DNA of 41,265 nt from a virus (taxonomy: Duplodnaviria > Heunggongvirae > Uroviricota > Caudoviricetes). Position 1 is the first letter of the stretch; every line of letters begins with the position of its first letter. Position numbers and translations under genes: made by a program. Location of the stretch: the IMG/VR virus record IMGVR_UViG_2521172717_000006; one strand, written 5' to 3'. Of the stretch, positions 1 to 9,779 are shown in pieces. A model generated the notes under the pieces. It saw only the letters and a program-made list of their open reading frames with translations. It was not told the DNA's origin and did no database searches.

Positions 1-1158
1 ATGCTCACCGTTAAGCAGATTGAAGCAGCAAAGCCGAAAGAAAAACCATACCGCCTACTCGATGGTAATGGACTGTACCTTTATGTCCCTGTGTCAGGGA
101 AAAAGGTATGGCAGCTTCGCTACAAGATTGACGGTAAGGAGAAAATCCTGACCGTAGGAAAATACCCGCTTATGACTTTGCAAGAGGCAAGGGATAAAGC
201 ATGGACTGCGAGGAAAGACATCTCGGTCGGAATCGATCCGGTAAAAGCGAAAAAGGCTTCGTCTAACAACAATTCCTTTAGCGCCATTTACAAGGAATGG
301 TACGAGCACAAGAAGCAAGTCTGGTCTGTAGGGTATGCGACTGAACTTGCCAAAATGTTTGACGACGACATTTTACCTATCATTGGCGGCCTTGAAATTC
401 AGGATATTGAGCCGATGCAACTGCTGGAAGTAATCCGCAGGTTTGAAGATCGCGGTGCAATGGAGCGAGCCAACAAAGCCCGCAGAAGATGCGGCGAGGT
501 TTTCCGTTACGCTATTGTCACTGGTAGGGCTAAATATAACCCGGCACCTGACCTTGCTGACGCCATGAAGGGATACCGCAAGAAGAACTTCCCGTTTTTA
601 CCTGCCGACCAGATCCCGGCATTCAACAAAGCACTTGCAACATTTTCAGGAAGTATCGTATCGCTCATTGCGACCAAAGTTTTACGCTACACAGCCCTAA
701 GAACGAAAGAGCTTCGTTCCATGCAATGGAAGAACGTCGATTTTGAAAACAGGATTATCACCATCGACGCCAGTGTGATGAAGGGACGCAAAATTCATGT
801 TGTCCCGATGTCAGACCAGGTGGTTGAACTTCTCACTACGCTAAGCTCAATCACTAAACCAGTATCAGAGTTTGTTTTTGCCGGGCGAAACGATAAGAAA
901 AAGCCAATCTGCGAGAACGCGGTATTGCTTGTGATCAAACAAATCGGCTATGAGGGTCTGGAAAGCGGTCACGGATTCAGGCATGAATTCAGCACGATTA
1001 TGAACGAGCACGAATGGCCTGCTGACGCTATTGAAGTGCAACTTGCACATGCCAACGGCGGATCTGTGCGCGGGATTTACAACCATGCTCAGTATCTAGA
1101 TAAGCGCAGAGAAATGATGCAGTGGTGGGCTGACTGGATTGATGAAAAGGTGGAGTGA
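1..1158 (+). CDS. intS: Tyrosine site-specific integrase (P4/IntS-type), 385 aa
   Basis: N-terminal MLTVKQIEAAKPKEKPYRLLDGNGLYLYV typical of P4-family integrases; C-terminal R...HxxR...Y catalytic motifs (HGFRHEF, RGIYNHAQY) present; ORF begins at window position 1. Confidence 0.9.
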   Translation: MLTVKQIEAAKPKEKPYRLLDGNGLYLYVPVSGKKVWQLRYKIDGKEKILTVGKYPLMTLQEARDKAWTARKDISVGIDPVKAKKASSNNNSFSAIYKEWYEHKKQVWSVGYATELAKMFDDDILPIIGGLEIQDIEPMQLLEVIRRFEDRGAMERANKARRRCGEVFRYAIVTGRAKYNPAPDLADAMKGYRKKNFPFLPADQIPAFNKALATFSGSIVSLIATKVLRYTALRTKELRSMQWKNVDFENRIITIDASVMKGRKIHVVPMSDQVVELLTTLSSITKPVSEFVFAGRNDKKKPICENAVLLVIKQIGYEGLESGHGFRHEFSTIMNEHEWPADAIEVQLAHANGGSVRGIYNHAQYLDKRREMMQWWADWIDEKVE

Positions 1159-1321
1159 TCGATCTTAACCACTATCGGATAGTACAAAGCTTTGTGTGCC
1201 TCGTTCATGCCTCACATTACCTGGCAATCATCAAATTCACCAGAACGTTCATAAATCGTCTTTGTGATCTGCTTCACTGTTAGACGTAATACTTTTTGCA
1301 GTTATTTTATAATCATAGAAA

Positions 1322-1336
1322 TGCTCATCATGAGCA
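1322..1336. promoter_or_regulatory. Perfect palindrome TGCTCAT-c-ATGAGCA upstream of acyltransferase promoter; possible operator
   Basis: 7-bp inverted arms around a single centre base, read directly from sequence about 30 bp upstream of the -10 element. Confidence 0.3.
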
Positions 1337-1364
1337 GTGAGTTGGTGATCTGCGCTGGTAGCCC

Positions 1365-1373
1365 TGCTATAAT
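1365..1373 (+). promoter_or_regulatory. Extended -10 promoter element TGcTATAAT for acyltransferase gene
   Basis: Consensus TATAAT hexamer preceded by TG one base upstream; no good -35, consistent with extended -10 class. Confidence 0.4.
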
Positions 1374-1391
1374 CCTTTGAAATTTTATCTC

Positions 1392-2531
1392 ATGGTGTGC
1401 ATTATGATCTTTGAGGCGCAAAGTCTTTATTTATATTTTTTGTCTCTTTTAGCCGTTGTGTTATGTATTACACTATTGACACGATATAACTATTTTTCTC
1501 ACATCAACTTTGCAAGTAACAGGTATTTCTTTATAGACGGATTGCGTGGGATAGCTGCGTTCAGCGTTCTTATTAATCACGGCGCTCATACAATTATTAC
1601 CAATGGAGTTCAGCCCATATTTATAGACTTCACAAAATACTCCATCACAGGGAATATGGGTAGCTTCGGTGTACAGATTTTCTTTTGCATTACAGGATTT
1701 TTGTTCTTTGATAAATTAATAAAAGGAAATAATACATTTGACTGGAATAAATTTTATGTTGCTCGGATAAAAAGACTCGTTCCTCTATATATGCTTACTG
1801 CGCTTTTGGTGGCAATTTTAGCTATTATATTATCCGGCAGTTCAGCAAGGCTTAACTTTGTTGATTTTTCAAGCTTCCTAAATTTTTTTGGGTTTGGATT
1901 TTTGGGCACAGAAATCTTCATTGGCTCTTTTAACGCATCAGGATTAAATGCGGTGATATGGACTCTACCGTATGAATGGAGGTTTTATTTAATTTTCCCT
2001 CTATTATCGATTGCCATCGCAAGCAAGAGATATGGTATGTTTGCCATTTCCGCAGTAATGTTACTTGCGGCAAGAGACTTTATGACAGAATTTGTTTTGT
2101 GGCCATATTTTATAGTTGGCGCCTTAGGTGCATATATATTCAATAAATCTTATGTTAACATTGATGATAAATATTGGATATTCTCATTCATTTCTTTCAT
2201 AGCTATTTTTGTTATCTTCTGCTCTTCCGCAGACAGCTATGGACGAATCAGATTTGCATGCATTTCATTACTATTTATAATGGTACTTATAACTAAACCA
2301 AAAATATTTAAAATAAAATCATTAGTTTATTTAGGTGAGGCAAGTTATAGTCTTTATTTGCTGCATTTGCCTATCATGGCTATAGTAATGAGAACAATAA
2401 ATAATTTCTATAACCTATCGAGCATGTCTACTGTGAATTACACAATTTTGATAGCCTTTATTGCATCTCTGTGTAGCGTTATTTCCTGTATCTGTTTTAA
2501 GAATTTTGAGTGGAGATTCATTAAAAAGTAA
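1392..2531 (+). CDS. Acyltransferase family 3 integral membrane protein, O-antigen acetyltransferase-like (serotype-conversion candidate)
   Basis: FIDGLRGIAAFSVLINH motif near N-terminus typical of acyltransferase_3; multi-pass hydrophobic profile; visibly AT-rich codon usage; track ORF starts at TTG 1377, first ATG is 1392 (1404 also possible). Confidence 0.8.
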   Translation: MVCIMIFEAQSLYLYFLSLLAVVLCITLLTRYNYFSHINFASNRYFFIDGLRGIAAFSVLINHGAHTIITNGVQPIFIDFTKYSITGNMGSFGVQIFFCITGFLFFDKLIKGNNTFDWNKFYVARIKRLVPLYMLTALLVAILAIILSGSSARLNFVDFSSFLNFFGFGFLGTEIFIGSFNASGLNAVIWTLPYEWRFYLIFPLLSIAIASKRYGMFAISAVMLLAARDFMTEFVLWPYFIVGALGAYIFNKSYVNIDDKYWIFSFISFIAIFVIFCSSADSYGRIRFACISLLFIMVLITKPKIFKIKSLVYLGEASYSLYLLHLPIMAIVMRTINNFYNLSSMSTVNYTILIAFIASLCSVISCICFKNFEWRFIKK

Positions 2532-2535
2532 CATT

Positions 2536-2553
2536 GCGGGGCGATGGCCCCGC
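2536..2553. terminator. Bidirectional hairpin terminator between convergent acyltransferase and tailspike genes
   Basis: GCGGGGC-gatg-GCCCCGC stem-loop with T-rich flank on both strands. Confidence 0.55.
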
Positions 2554-2563
2554 TTGATTTCCG

Positions 2564-4762
2564 CTACGCTATATTAAGATTACCATATGTATTGTTTCCA
2601 AGACCATACCATGCCCAGTTTGTTCCTGATGCAGGAGTACCTGCATTGTGAATCATATCGCCTATATTTATCAGCACTTTCCCAGGGTATGTTGTAGTAG
2701 GAGCAGTGTCTATTCCAGCAGACACATCGGCAAAACGCCAACCACAGGAAACCATATCTGCGTTATCTCTAAATTTCTTAATTGAAAACGTGTATCTGTT
2801 TCCTCTATATATCATTCCAGCAAAACTAGGCCAGTCAATAAGTTGATTTACTGGTGAGTTTAAAGTGTTACTAAACTCATTATTTTCAATAACTGGTTCA
2901 TCGATACGCACACCCGAAGTTGATACTAGATATGTAGAATCAAAGTCGTTGTCAGAAATAATTGGAGCATAACCACCAATTTCACAACCTGTATTGCCAT
3001 GAACAAAATATGACTTATTCCCTCGGTATATAGATTTTCTCCATGTGGGCATTGTTACTTTTACGGCATCAGTTCTATCAAACTGGTTGTTTTCAATCAC
3101 AAGTCCATAACAATATGCAGACATCTGAGTTTCAGCATAATCATTTATGGCATAACCACCGCCTTTAAATGTATTTTTTGTTATTTTAATTCCATTGAAT
3201 GATGTTGAGTAGTCATTACTACCATTCCAGATAATTAGAATATGAGATGAAAATGTGCCATCCTCGTTCTGATCCCCAATGCTTATATTGCTATCAATAA
3301 CAACATTCTGCGCTGCAACACCGTTAGATTCACCTCCTATCTCAACGAATATTCCTTGTCCTGTTTTGATGTTATTCGATATAACTGCACCACCAGTCAC
3401 CCCCCAAGGAGTAATCCTAGACTGAATACTTATAGGGCTTATAAAGTGATTTCTTTCTGCAATTAAATATTTTGTTCTTGCTGAGCACGCAAAATCTTCA
3501 CCAAAAGTATGCCATTTTCTGCCTGTTCTGTACGTTTGGCAGTCAATCATCTTAGCAATTCCATTAAGATTTTTAGTGAAAAATGTATAATTTGTTACCA
3601 AATCAGTCCTTACATTGCTAAGAGTTATATCCTCATTTGGTATAGCACCGTCACCATCAGCATCTGCCATTACAAAGATTCTTGCAGCCAATACGTCAAT
3701 ATCATTAATAGATCCACTACTCCCCTCAAGTGCGAAACCAAACCAATTCTCTTGAGGGGTAAACGTGGTATCTGAAGGTCCAGTTGAAAAATTTGTGCAT
3801 GACTGGTTTAACTTTATACCATTAAATTTAAAGTTTTTGCAGTTGAATAAACCAAAGCAAACACGCTCAGCCTCACCATTTCCATCTGTATTTATATTTA
3901 CATCATTATCTGCGTAAACAAATAAATTATTTTTACCATTAATTACAATTGCTGTTTTACGTATAACACCTGCAGAGTCATGATATTGCTGGCTGATTTG
4001 GTAATTAAACTTTATCTCACCGGCGCTAAAACGTATTGCTCTAACACCACCAAATTTTGATATACAAGCGTTAACCGATGCCGTTGAATCATGCACTCCG
4101 TTAATATCATGTCCAGCCCAAACTGTATGTATGCCATCGAGCACACAATTCGAACGGATCCAGCAACCAGAGCCACCACCATCACTCTCACCAGTTCCCG
4201 CAAGGAAAGCAGCGAGCTCAGCATACGAACCATCCCACGGAACTGTGGGGCTAAATATGGTGATACCGTTGTGCTGAGATTTAGGCATGCTGGCATCCCA
4301 GTAAAACTGCCCGCCGCCAAAGTTGGTTCCTGGTACGTATCCAATTACATTTAATGTGTGATTCCCAGCAGGCTCGCTCATTAAGGTATGGATGTCAGGA
4401 ACATTCTCCATTCGCTGGCTAAACTGATCGGGATCATACTTCAGCACATTGGGAAAATAGAACTGCTGCGAACCATACGCATCATATACAGCCATGGAAT
4501 GGCCTTGCACAGTTACGAACTTGGCAATCTGTCCGTTATATACCGGATATCCGGCAGCGTTAATGATTATTGGTTGCGAAACAGGAACGTGAGAGCCGTC
4601 TTCGTTCTCTATATAAACCTGAATCTGGTTTTCTGAATTTACGGGGTCAGCGTCAATTTTACCGATATAAATTTTGCCATTGGCTACGGCTTTAAAAGAA
4701 CGAGCCATAGTGAAGAGTTGCGAAGGCATGCTTACCACAACATTTGCGGTGATATCTGACAT
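2564..4762 (-). CDS. Tailspike protein: P22/HK620-type N-terminal head-binding domain plus divergent beta-helix receptor-binding domain
   Basis: N-terminus [42 protein letters not shown]...[10 protein letters not shown] matches remembered P22 gp9/HK620 tailspike head-binding domain; remainder Gly/Asn/Ser/Thr-rich; start taken at internal ATG (M17 of track ORF) with GGAG RBS. Confidence 0.9.
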   Translation of the reverse strand: MSDITANVVVSMPSQLFTMARSFKAVANGKIYIGKIDADPVNSENQIQVYIENEDGSHVPVSQPIIINAAGYPVYNGQIAKFVTVQGHSMAVYDAYGSQQFYFPNVLKYDPDQFSQRMENVPDIHTLMSEPAGNHTLNVIGYVPGTNFGGGQFYWDASMPKSQHNGITIFSPTVPWDGSYAELAAFLAGTGESDGGGSGCWIRSNCVLDGIHTVWAGHDINGVHDSTASVNACISKFGGVRAIRFSAGEIKFNYQISQQYHDSAGVIRKTAIVINGKNNLFVYADNDVNINTDGNGEAERVCFGLFNCKNFKFNGIKLNQSCTNFSTGPSDTTFTPQENWFGFALEGSSGSINDIDVLAARIFVMADADGDGAIPNEDITLSNVRTDLVTNYTFFTKNLNGIAKMIDCQTYRTGRKWHTFGEDFACSARTKYLIAERNHFISPISIQSRITPWGVTGGAVISNNIKTGQGIFVEIGGESNGVAAQNVVIDSNISIGDQNEDGTFSSHILIIWNGSNDYSTSFNGIKITKNTFKGGGYAINDYAETQMSAYCYGLVIENNQFDRTDAVKVTMPTWRKSIYRGNKSYFVHGNTGCEIGGYAPIISDNDFDSTYLVSTSGVRIDEPVIENNEFSNTLNSPVNQLIDWPSFAGMIYRGNRYTFSIKKFRDNADMVSCGWRFADVSAGIDTAPTTTYPGKVLINIGDMIHNAGTPASGTNWAWYGLGNNTYGNLNIA

Positions 4763-4883
4763 TTCATTGCTCCAGACGAATGATATGATGCAACCATGAT
4801 GTGATTGCATACCGAAATGGTACTATTGAGTATTTATCCAGTAGGTTACGATGCCATTCCACCCAACTGGTGAGGCATCAAGG

Positions 4884-5144
4884 ATGTACAGCAAATACGA
4901 CGAGGCGCAGTTTCACTTGAGACTTCCGCATGAACTCCACGCGAAAATTAAGCAGCGTGCGAAGATGAATAACAGGTCGCTGAACTCAGAGATAATTGCA
5001 GCGATTGAAGAATCATTGGCTAAACAAAGCTCTGCATCTGTTTACATTGACGATGCAGAGCGTATGGCAGAACAACAATCTGATATGGTTAAGAAAATTG
5101 TCTTTGATACGCTCAAAGAGCTATATAAAAAAGACAGCAGCTAA
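4884..5144 (+). CDS. mnt: Mnt-like ribbon-helix-helix repressor
   Basis: FHLRLPHELHAKIKQRAKMNNRSLNSEIIAAIEESL and C-terminal AERMAEQQSDMVKKIVFDTLKELYKK resemble P22 Mnt from memory; start chosen at M12 of track ORF. Confidence 0.75.
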   Translation: MYSKYDEAQFHLRLPHELHAKIKQRAKMNNRSLNSEIIAAIEESLAKQSSASVYIDDAERMAEQQSDMVKKIVFDTLKELYKKDSS

Positions 5145-5164
5145 CCATCAGTTACGGAGGATTT

Positions 5165-5242
5165 ATGCAAAGAGATATGCTGAATATTGCGTTCTACATA
5201 TTTGGTTTTTGCACGTTCCTGGTGTTTGCGAAGCTATTCTGA
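5165..5242 (+). CDS. Candidate 25-aa hydrophobic peptide (MQRDMLNIAFYIFGFCTFLVFAKLF)
   Basis: ATG preceded by GGAGG about 4 nt upstream; single predicted TM helix; not in ORF track (too short); overlaps 3' end of ejection protein gene convergently. Confidence 0.3.
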   Translation: MQRDMLNIAFYIFGFCTFLVFAKLF

Positions 5243-7231
5243 CAATGCATCAGACTTGGCACCCTGAGTCAGGGCGTTAATGGCCTTTTGCGCCTGCTGC
5301 ATGGCTTTCTCAAACGCTGTTGATCCGCGTGGTGTGTTTGCCATTCGGAGCATTGCATTTCTGAATGGCTCGCTCTCATAGGCGCGAGTAAGAAGTCCGT
5401 AGCTTACCGCTGCGCCAGTTGTCGCCGGGTTCATTGCCGTCCCATACCCGATAATGAAAGGGATGGTTTGCTGCCCTGTTGGTGTTGTTACTGCCGCTTT
5501 TGCAGCCTGCTGCGTGGATTGCAGGTAGTTTTTCAATCCTTTCAGATAAGCGGCTTCCTGACCTTTAAATGTAATGCCAGTCTGGTTTTGCAGGATGTTA
5601 AGCTGCCGAAGGAACTGGTCAGGGGATCCGCCAGATTTCTCCATCGCCTTTCCAATGATGCCATTGCGCATTTGCGCCCTGCCAACACGACCAACTGAGT
5701 TATACAGCGTCTTAATTTCCGATTTGTTCTTGCTGAATAGCATGTTGTTGACAACTTCCGGCGTCAGGTCGCCTTTCATGAGAACATTCTTCAGCCTGGT
5801 ATTCTTTAGTTTCGCCGCTTCGTCAGCGTAGACGGCATTGGCCTGCTGATATTTACGGAGAGTATCGTTGCCAAGATTCTGACCAATGGCACCATTGATA
5901 TCGTCGGTCATCGCCTTGTAAACTCGCTGAATGGCAGCATCGGAACGGTTTGGTAACACTGGTCGCTCACCCTTCACGTCCATTCTGAACTGGCTGCGCA
6001 GATCGCTTAATTGCTTCAAATCCAGATTGACCGGACCATCAGGACCAGCATTGCGAACGAGCTCATCACGATATGACTGAAGTTTTGAAATAGTCTCGTT
6101 ATCAGCAACCTTACCAAGCTTCTGCAGGTTAGATATTTCTGTATCAATCTGCTGAATTGCTCGCGCAGGCTGAATGTTTACTCCAGCCATAGCATTCTGA
6201 ACCTGCTCCAGTCGATTACCGGCGGCACGACGAATTCCTGATGTTTTCGCTTTAAGGCTGTCAATAACAACCGCTGGATCATACTCACCGAATTTATCAG
6301 CAAATCTCTGAACCAACTGGCTTCTCGCTTCCTGTTGCGTTGCTCTCATTCCGCTTGTGCCAGCCAGGGGGATATTTTCCGCTGTCGTCTGCGCCATTTT
6401 CCCGACGCGGGAAGTGGGTTGTAACAGGTCTGTGGTGTGCAGAGGAACTCCTTCACGCTCTGCAAATCTGATAGCCTGCTGCGCTTCTGGCGCAATAGCA
6501 CCACGAACGCCACGATAAGCAGCACCTAATCCACGTCCGGCAGCGTTAATAGCACCGCCAGCCAGCACACCAACGCCTAAATCGGTGGCGAGTGCTTCCG
6601 CATCATCTTTCGCACTATTTGCAGCAAGTGATCCAACTGTGTTTTCAGCGAGAAGGCGAGTTGCCCCCTGAGCAATTCGACCAGCAAGTGTTGGTGCCTG
6701 TGCTGACGCTCTCTCAATGCCAGCAGGAGTGAGGTAAGGCAATGCCTCAGCAAATACCATGCCCTCTGTAGTTTGTGGAGTCAGCGCGCCTTTCTGAAGG
6801 CCAAAGTCCTGCTCTAATCCCTGCGTTGTTACTCGTGGCGCTGGTTGATATGTCCCATCGCCAATTCCGAGTTTACCGCCAGCCCAAGCCGCCGCGCTTG
6901 TTACAGCATCTGCAACTGATGCAGGTATGTTTGCCACGTTCACGCCCGCCTGCACCAGTCCGCGACCAGTCTCTTTTACTGCTTCACCAAGATCAGACAT
7001 AAATCCACTTTGCTGTGGTTGTTGCTGTGCTACTGGTTGCTGTGTCTCCACTGGCTGCACAGATGGCAATGGATAGGCAGCATAGAAAGCTTGCTTAGCC
7101 TGCTCTGCATTTTCTCCGGCTTGCGGGGCCACGACTTCATTGAAGTATTGCTCCTGAGCCTGCGCTTTTTGTTCTGGTGCTAACGCCTGATACTGTGGAG
7201 AGGCGATAACATCTTTCCATGCTTTAGCCAT
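5234..7231 (-). CDS. Ejection (injection) protein, P22 gp16-like
   Basis: Position last in the gp7-gp20-gp16 ejection protein series; Ala/Gln-rich 665-aa protein; stop of upstream gene overlaps start (TAATG). Confidence 0.8.
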   Translation of the reverse strand: MAKAWKDVIASPQYQALAPEQKAQAQEQYFNEVVAPQAGENAEQAKQAFYAAYPLPSVQPVETQQPVAQQQPQQSGFMSDLGEAVKETGRGLVQAGVNVANIPASVADAVTSAAAWAGGKLGIGDGTYQPAPRVTTQGLEQDFGLQKGALTPQTTEGMVFAEALPYLTPAGIERASAQAPTLAGRIAQGATRLLAENTVGSLAANSAKDDAEALATDLGVGVLAGGAINAAGRGLGAAYRGVRGAIAPEAQQAIRFAEREGVPLHTTDLLQPTSRVGKMAQTTAENIPLAGTSGMRATQQEARSQLVQRFADKFGEYDPAVVIDSLKAKTSGIRRAAGNRLEQVQNAMAGVNIQPARAIQQIDTEISNLQKLGKVADNETISKLQSYRDELVRNAGPDGPVNLDLKQLSDLRSQFRMDVKGERPVLPNRSDAAIQRVYKAMTDDINGAIGQNLGNDTLRKYQQANAVYADEAAKLKNTRLKNVLMKGDLTPEVVNNMLFSKNKSEIKTLYNSVGRVGRAQMRNGIIGKAMEKSGGSPDQFLRQLNILQNQTGITFKGQEAAYLKGLKNYLQSTQQAAKAAVTTPTGQQTIPFIIGYGTAMNPATTGAAVSYGLLTRAYESEPFRNAMLRMANTPRGSTAFEKAMQQAQKAINALTQGAKSDALSE

Positions 7232-8619
7232 TAATCACCCCATAGTGAAGAAAAATTACTGCTGGCTGCTGGCTGTGATACCTGTGCAGGTTGAGATTGC
7301 TTCCGCTGTGATTTACCAACATTAACGTTATATTGTTGGTTGTAATTGTTTGTGTATTCCTGAATCTCACGAATCGACTGCTGCATAGCCTCCGGGCTTG
7401 AATAGTCAACCTGCGGCATCCCCTGAAAATACATCTTCGCTTCTGCAACGGTGTTAATACCACTGGCACCCATGTCCCTTGCTGCCGCCACGCCCTGATT
7501 CTGCATTCTTCCCTGAATACGTTGTGCTGAGTTATATAACTGGCGCTGCTCTTTTCCTGTTAATCGGCTGCGAACATCAGCACCAATTGCTGGATTACCT
7601 GCACCGCCTGTCATTCCTGTCATGAAATCGAGAGCAGAAGCGTCTGCATTTGCGATCGCGTCGATATCCTTCTTCATGGCATAGTTTTGTGCTGATGCAG
7701 ACGATGTTGCAGGCGCTGCGATTGAACTGGCAGGAACGCGAACCATATTCCCCTCGTTGTCGATGCCTTCGTAGAACGCATTAGCCCCAGCGCCATGAAG
7801 CTTCCCGCCGACAGTTACAGTTCTGCCATCTGATAACTGAACTGTACGCTCATCATTCCCAGCAGTTCCTCTTGTTGACGATCGCTGCATTGCCAAATCC
7901 TGACCGCGTCGTGCAGTAGAAGCAGATAAATCCTGACCGCGCATCGTGATGTTCTGACCACGCGCTGTTAGTGCTTCTCCAGCCTGATTGCTGCGGATTG
8001 TCTCTGCAAGTTTTCCGCGGTCAATCTCACGACCAACGATTCTGTCCTGAACATTGAAGTAGTCAATCGGACCGAGAGCAGCCATCCCAAGGTGATCAAC
8101 AAACTCACCAAATCCTGAAGGATTATGCTGATACATCTGAGCAACGTTGTTAGGGTCAACGCCGACGCGCGCCAGTTCCTTGGCGTTGTTTTGCAGCCAT
8201 GATTGCATTGCTTCTGGAGACGATGACGCAAGGTGTGCGCCAGCCGCTAAGGTGCCGATAGAATTACGCTGCTCTTCATCAATGAATCCCATGCCTTTAC
8301 GAACGGATTCAATCTGGTCTGGATATTGAGTAGCCAACTGACGCAAAGCACCGCGATCACCAGACGCATAAGCATTAGCGTATGCCTGCTGAAATTCTTT
8401 CTGCCGCTGAGCCTGCTTTTCCTGCTGAAACACCCCCGCAATACCTGAAAGGCCTTGCAAAGCAGTCAGCCCAACATTGTTAGCGCCTGAACGCTCAATA
8501 TCATTGTTCTGCCTGATAAGCTGAAGCGTATTGCCGATGTCATTTACGCTCGGAGCGTTTGAGTTGACGCCACCGATACCAGCCAACAATCCGCCGTTTG
8601 TTCCTTGCCAAGTAGCCAT
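7231..8619 (-). CDS. Ejection protein, P22 gp20-like
   Basis: 462 aa, synteny between gp7-like and gp16-like genes. Confidence 0.8.
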   Translation of the reverse strand: MATWQGTNGGLLAGIGGVNSNAPSVNDIGNTLQLIRQNNDIERSGANNVGLTALQGLSGIAGVFQQEKQAQRQKEFQQAYANAYASGDRGALRQLATQYPDQIESVRKGMGFIDEEQRNSIGTLAAGAHLASSSPEAMQSWLQNNAKELARVGVDPNNVAQMYQHNPSGFGEFVDHLGMAALGPIDYFNVQDRIVGREIDRGKLAETIRSNQAGEALTARGQNITMRGQDLSASTARRGQDLAMQRSSTRGTAGNDERTVQLSDGRTVTVGGKLHGAGANAFYEGIDNEGNMVRVPASSIAAPATSSASAQNYAMKKDIDAIANADASALDFMTGMTGGAGNPAIGADVRSRLTGKEQRQLYNSAQRIQGRMQNQGVAAARDMGASGINTVAEAKMYFQGMPQVDYSSPEAMQQSIREIQEYTNNYNQQYNVNVGKSQRKQSQPAQVSQPAASSNFSSLWGD

Positions 8620-8628
8620 GATTACCCC

Positions 8629-9321
8629 TTAAAACAACGAGCCAAGCAATCCGATACCAGCACCAATGCCAGCGCCCCAAGGCGTTGATGTTCCCAAAAG
8701 GCTGGCAAGACCTGCACCGGCAATCGCACCAGACGTGCCACCGCTAATTGCAGTCTGAAGACTTGATGGTTTATTGGCATTAGCAGCGGCAAGTGCTGCA
8801 CTTTGCTGTGCAATGCTGCTCATGTTGTTGGCGTATGTCTGCCCAGCGTTTGCCTGACCTTGCAGCGCACCAAGCCCAACGTTTGCCAGATTATTGTAAT
8901 TGCTCATCTGGTTTGATAACCACGACTGACCGAGAGTCGGAGCAATCGTAGCCAGTTGATTGCTTGTAGCTGTCGAACCAAGTCCGCCAGTCGCCTCCGC
9001 AGCAGCAAGACTCTGGTAACGAGCCTGACCTGCAAGGTCTTTATACTGCTGAGAGTTGTAATACTGATTAAGTGCCTGCCCCTGACCTTCTAAACTGGAA
9101 AGGTTCTGAAGCTGGTTAACATACTGCTCCGCAAGAGGCGTGAACGGAGCAAGGTTTTTCATGATCGTCTGCCACTGCTGATTTTGCAGGTCTGCGGCAT
9201 ACTTCTGAGCTTCTGCTGCATACTTTGCGCTTTTATCAGAACTGCCACCTTTCCCGCCTTTTTCAGGGCAATAAGGTTCCTCACCGCGCAGTTTTCTGCC
9301 CAGTTTAAATGCATATAACAT
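8629..9321 (-). CDS. Ejection protein, P22 gp7-like
   Basis: N-terminus MLYAFKLGRKLRGEEPYCPEKGGKGGSS matches remembered P22 gp7; Gly/Ala/Ser/Gln-rich C-terminus. Confidence 0.85.
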   Translation of the reverse strand: MLYAFKLGRKLRGEEPYCPEKGGKGGSSDKSAKYAAEAQKYAADLQNQQWQTIMKNLAPFTPLAEQYVNQLQNLSSLEGQGQALNQYYNSQQYKDLAGQARYQSLAAAEATGGLGSTATSNQLATIAPTLGQSWLSNQMSNYNNLANVGLGALQGQANAGQTYANNMSSIAQQSAALAAANANKPSSLQTAISGGTSGAIAGAGLASLLGTSTPWGAGIGAGIGLLGSLF

Positions 9322-9323
9322 GG

Positions 9324-9779
9324 CTATCTCCCGTGATTCAGGAAGTCGATTAGTTCTTCGCGTGTGGCGCTGTAAAACGTCACGTCATCCACGCCTTTGA
9401 AGTATTTCTTGATGGTTCCTACTCGCTTAAGGCCAATCATTGCGCAGTACATCTGACCGTGGCGGAATTTGCGCGCAGCGAACGATGTGACGCACTGAAC
9501 GGTGGTGTTAGTCAGAATGTATCGCCAGAACGCCATCCCGATTTCCTTGCTGAATCCACGAACCTCTGGCAGGTACATGGCGTGGCAATCGAATGTCAGC
9601 GGCTGAATCTCCTGATAGTAAACAATGCCGCCAAACTGACCGTGCACGTTCACCTCAAAGTAACGGCATTCAGGCTTGTAGTCGTATCCATCACCGTTGT
9701 TGCTTCCGGCAATAATGTCAGGGTGATTTCCGACTGCTTCTATCAGGTCGATGTTTCGCGTTGGTTTGAACTGAATCAT
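9324..9779 (-). CDS. P22 gp14-like head-associated protein
   Basis: Synteny between tail needle and gp7 genes; track start is GTG, ATG one codon in; overlaps upstream stop (ATGA). Confidence 0.6.
   Translation of the reverse strand: MIQFKPTRNIDLIEAVGNHPDIIAGSNNGDGYDYKPECRYFEVNVHGQFGGIVYYQEIQPLTFDCHAMYLPEVRGFSKEIGMAFWRYILTNTTVQCVTSFAARKFRHGQMYCAMIGLKRVGTIKKYFKGVDDVTFYSATREELIDFLNHGR

Noticed and set aside
1377-1391. TTG start at 1377 for the acyltransferase, as given by the ORF track
   Set aside because: It lies only 3 nt after the predicted -10 element and would be upstream of the transcription start; the first in-frame ATG at 1392 (or 1404) is more plausible.
3509-4636. Several 80-110 aa ORFs on both strands inside the tailspike gene (3509..3775, 4012..4344, 4091..4354, 4388..4636)
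   Set aside because: They overlap a long, well-supported coding region in alternate frames or antisense, lack ribosome-binding sites and show no recognisable protein features; treated as spurious.
1-4810. Integrase directly adjacent to conversion and tailspike genes, suggesting a circularly permuted free-phage genome rather than an integrated prophage
   Set aside because: The excisionase and a tRNA 3'-end-like core sit at the opposite end, followed by a complete chromosomal permease gene; this fits a prophage with the KplE1/Sf6-style arrangement of int and xis on opposite sides of att.
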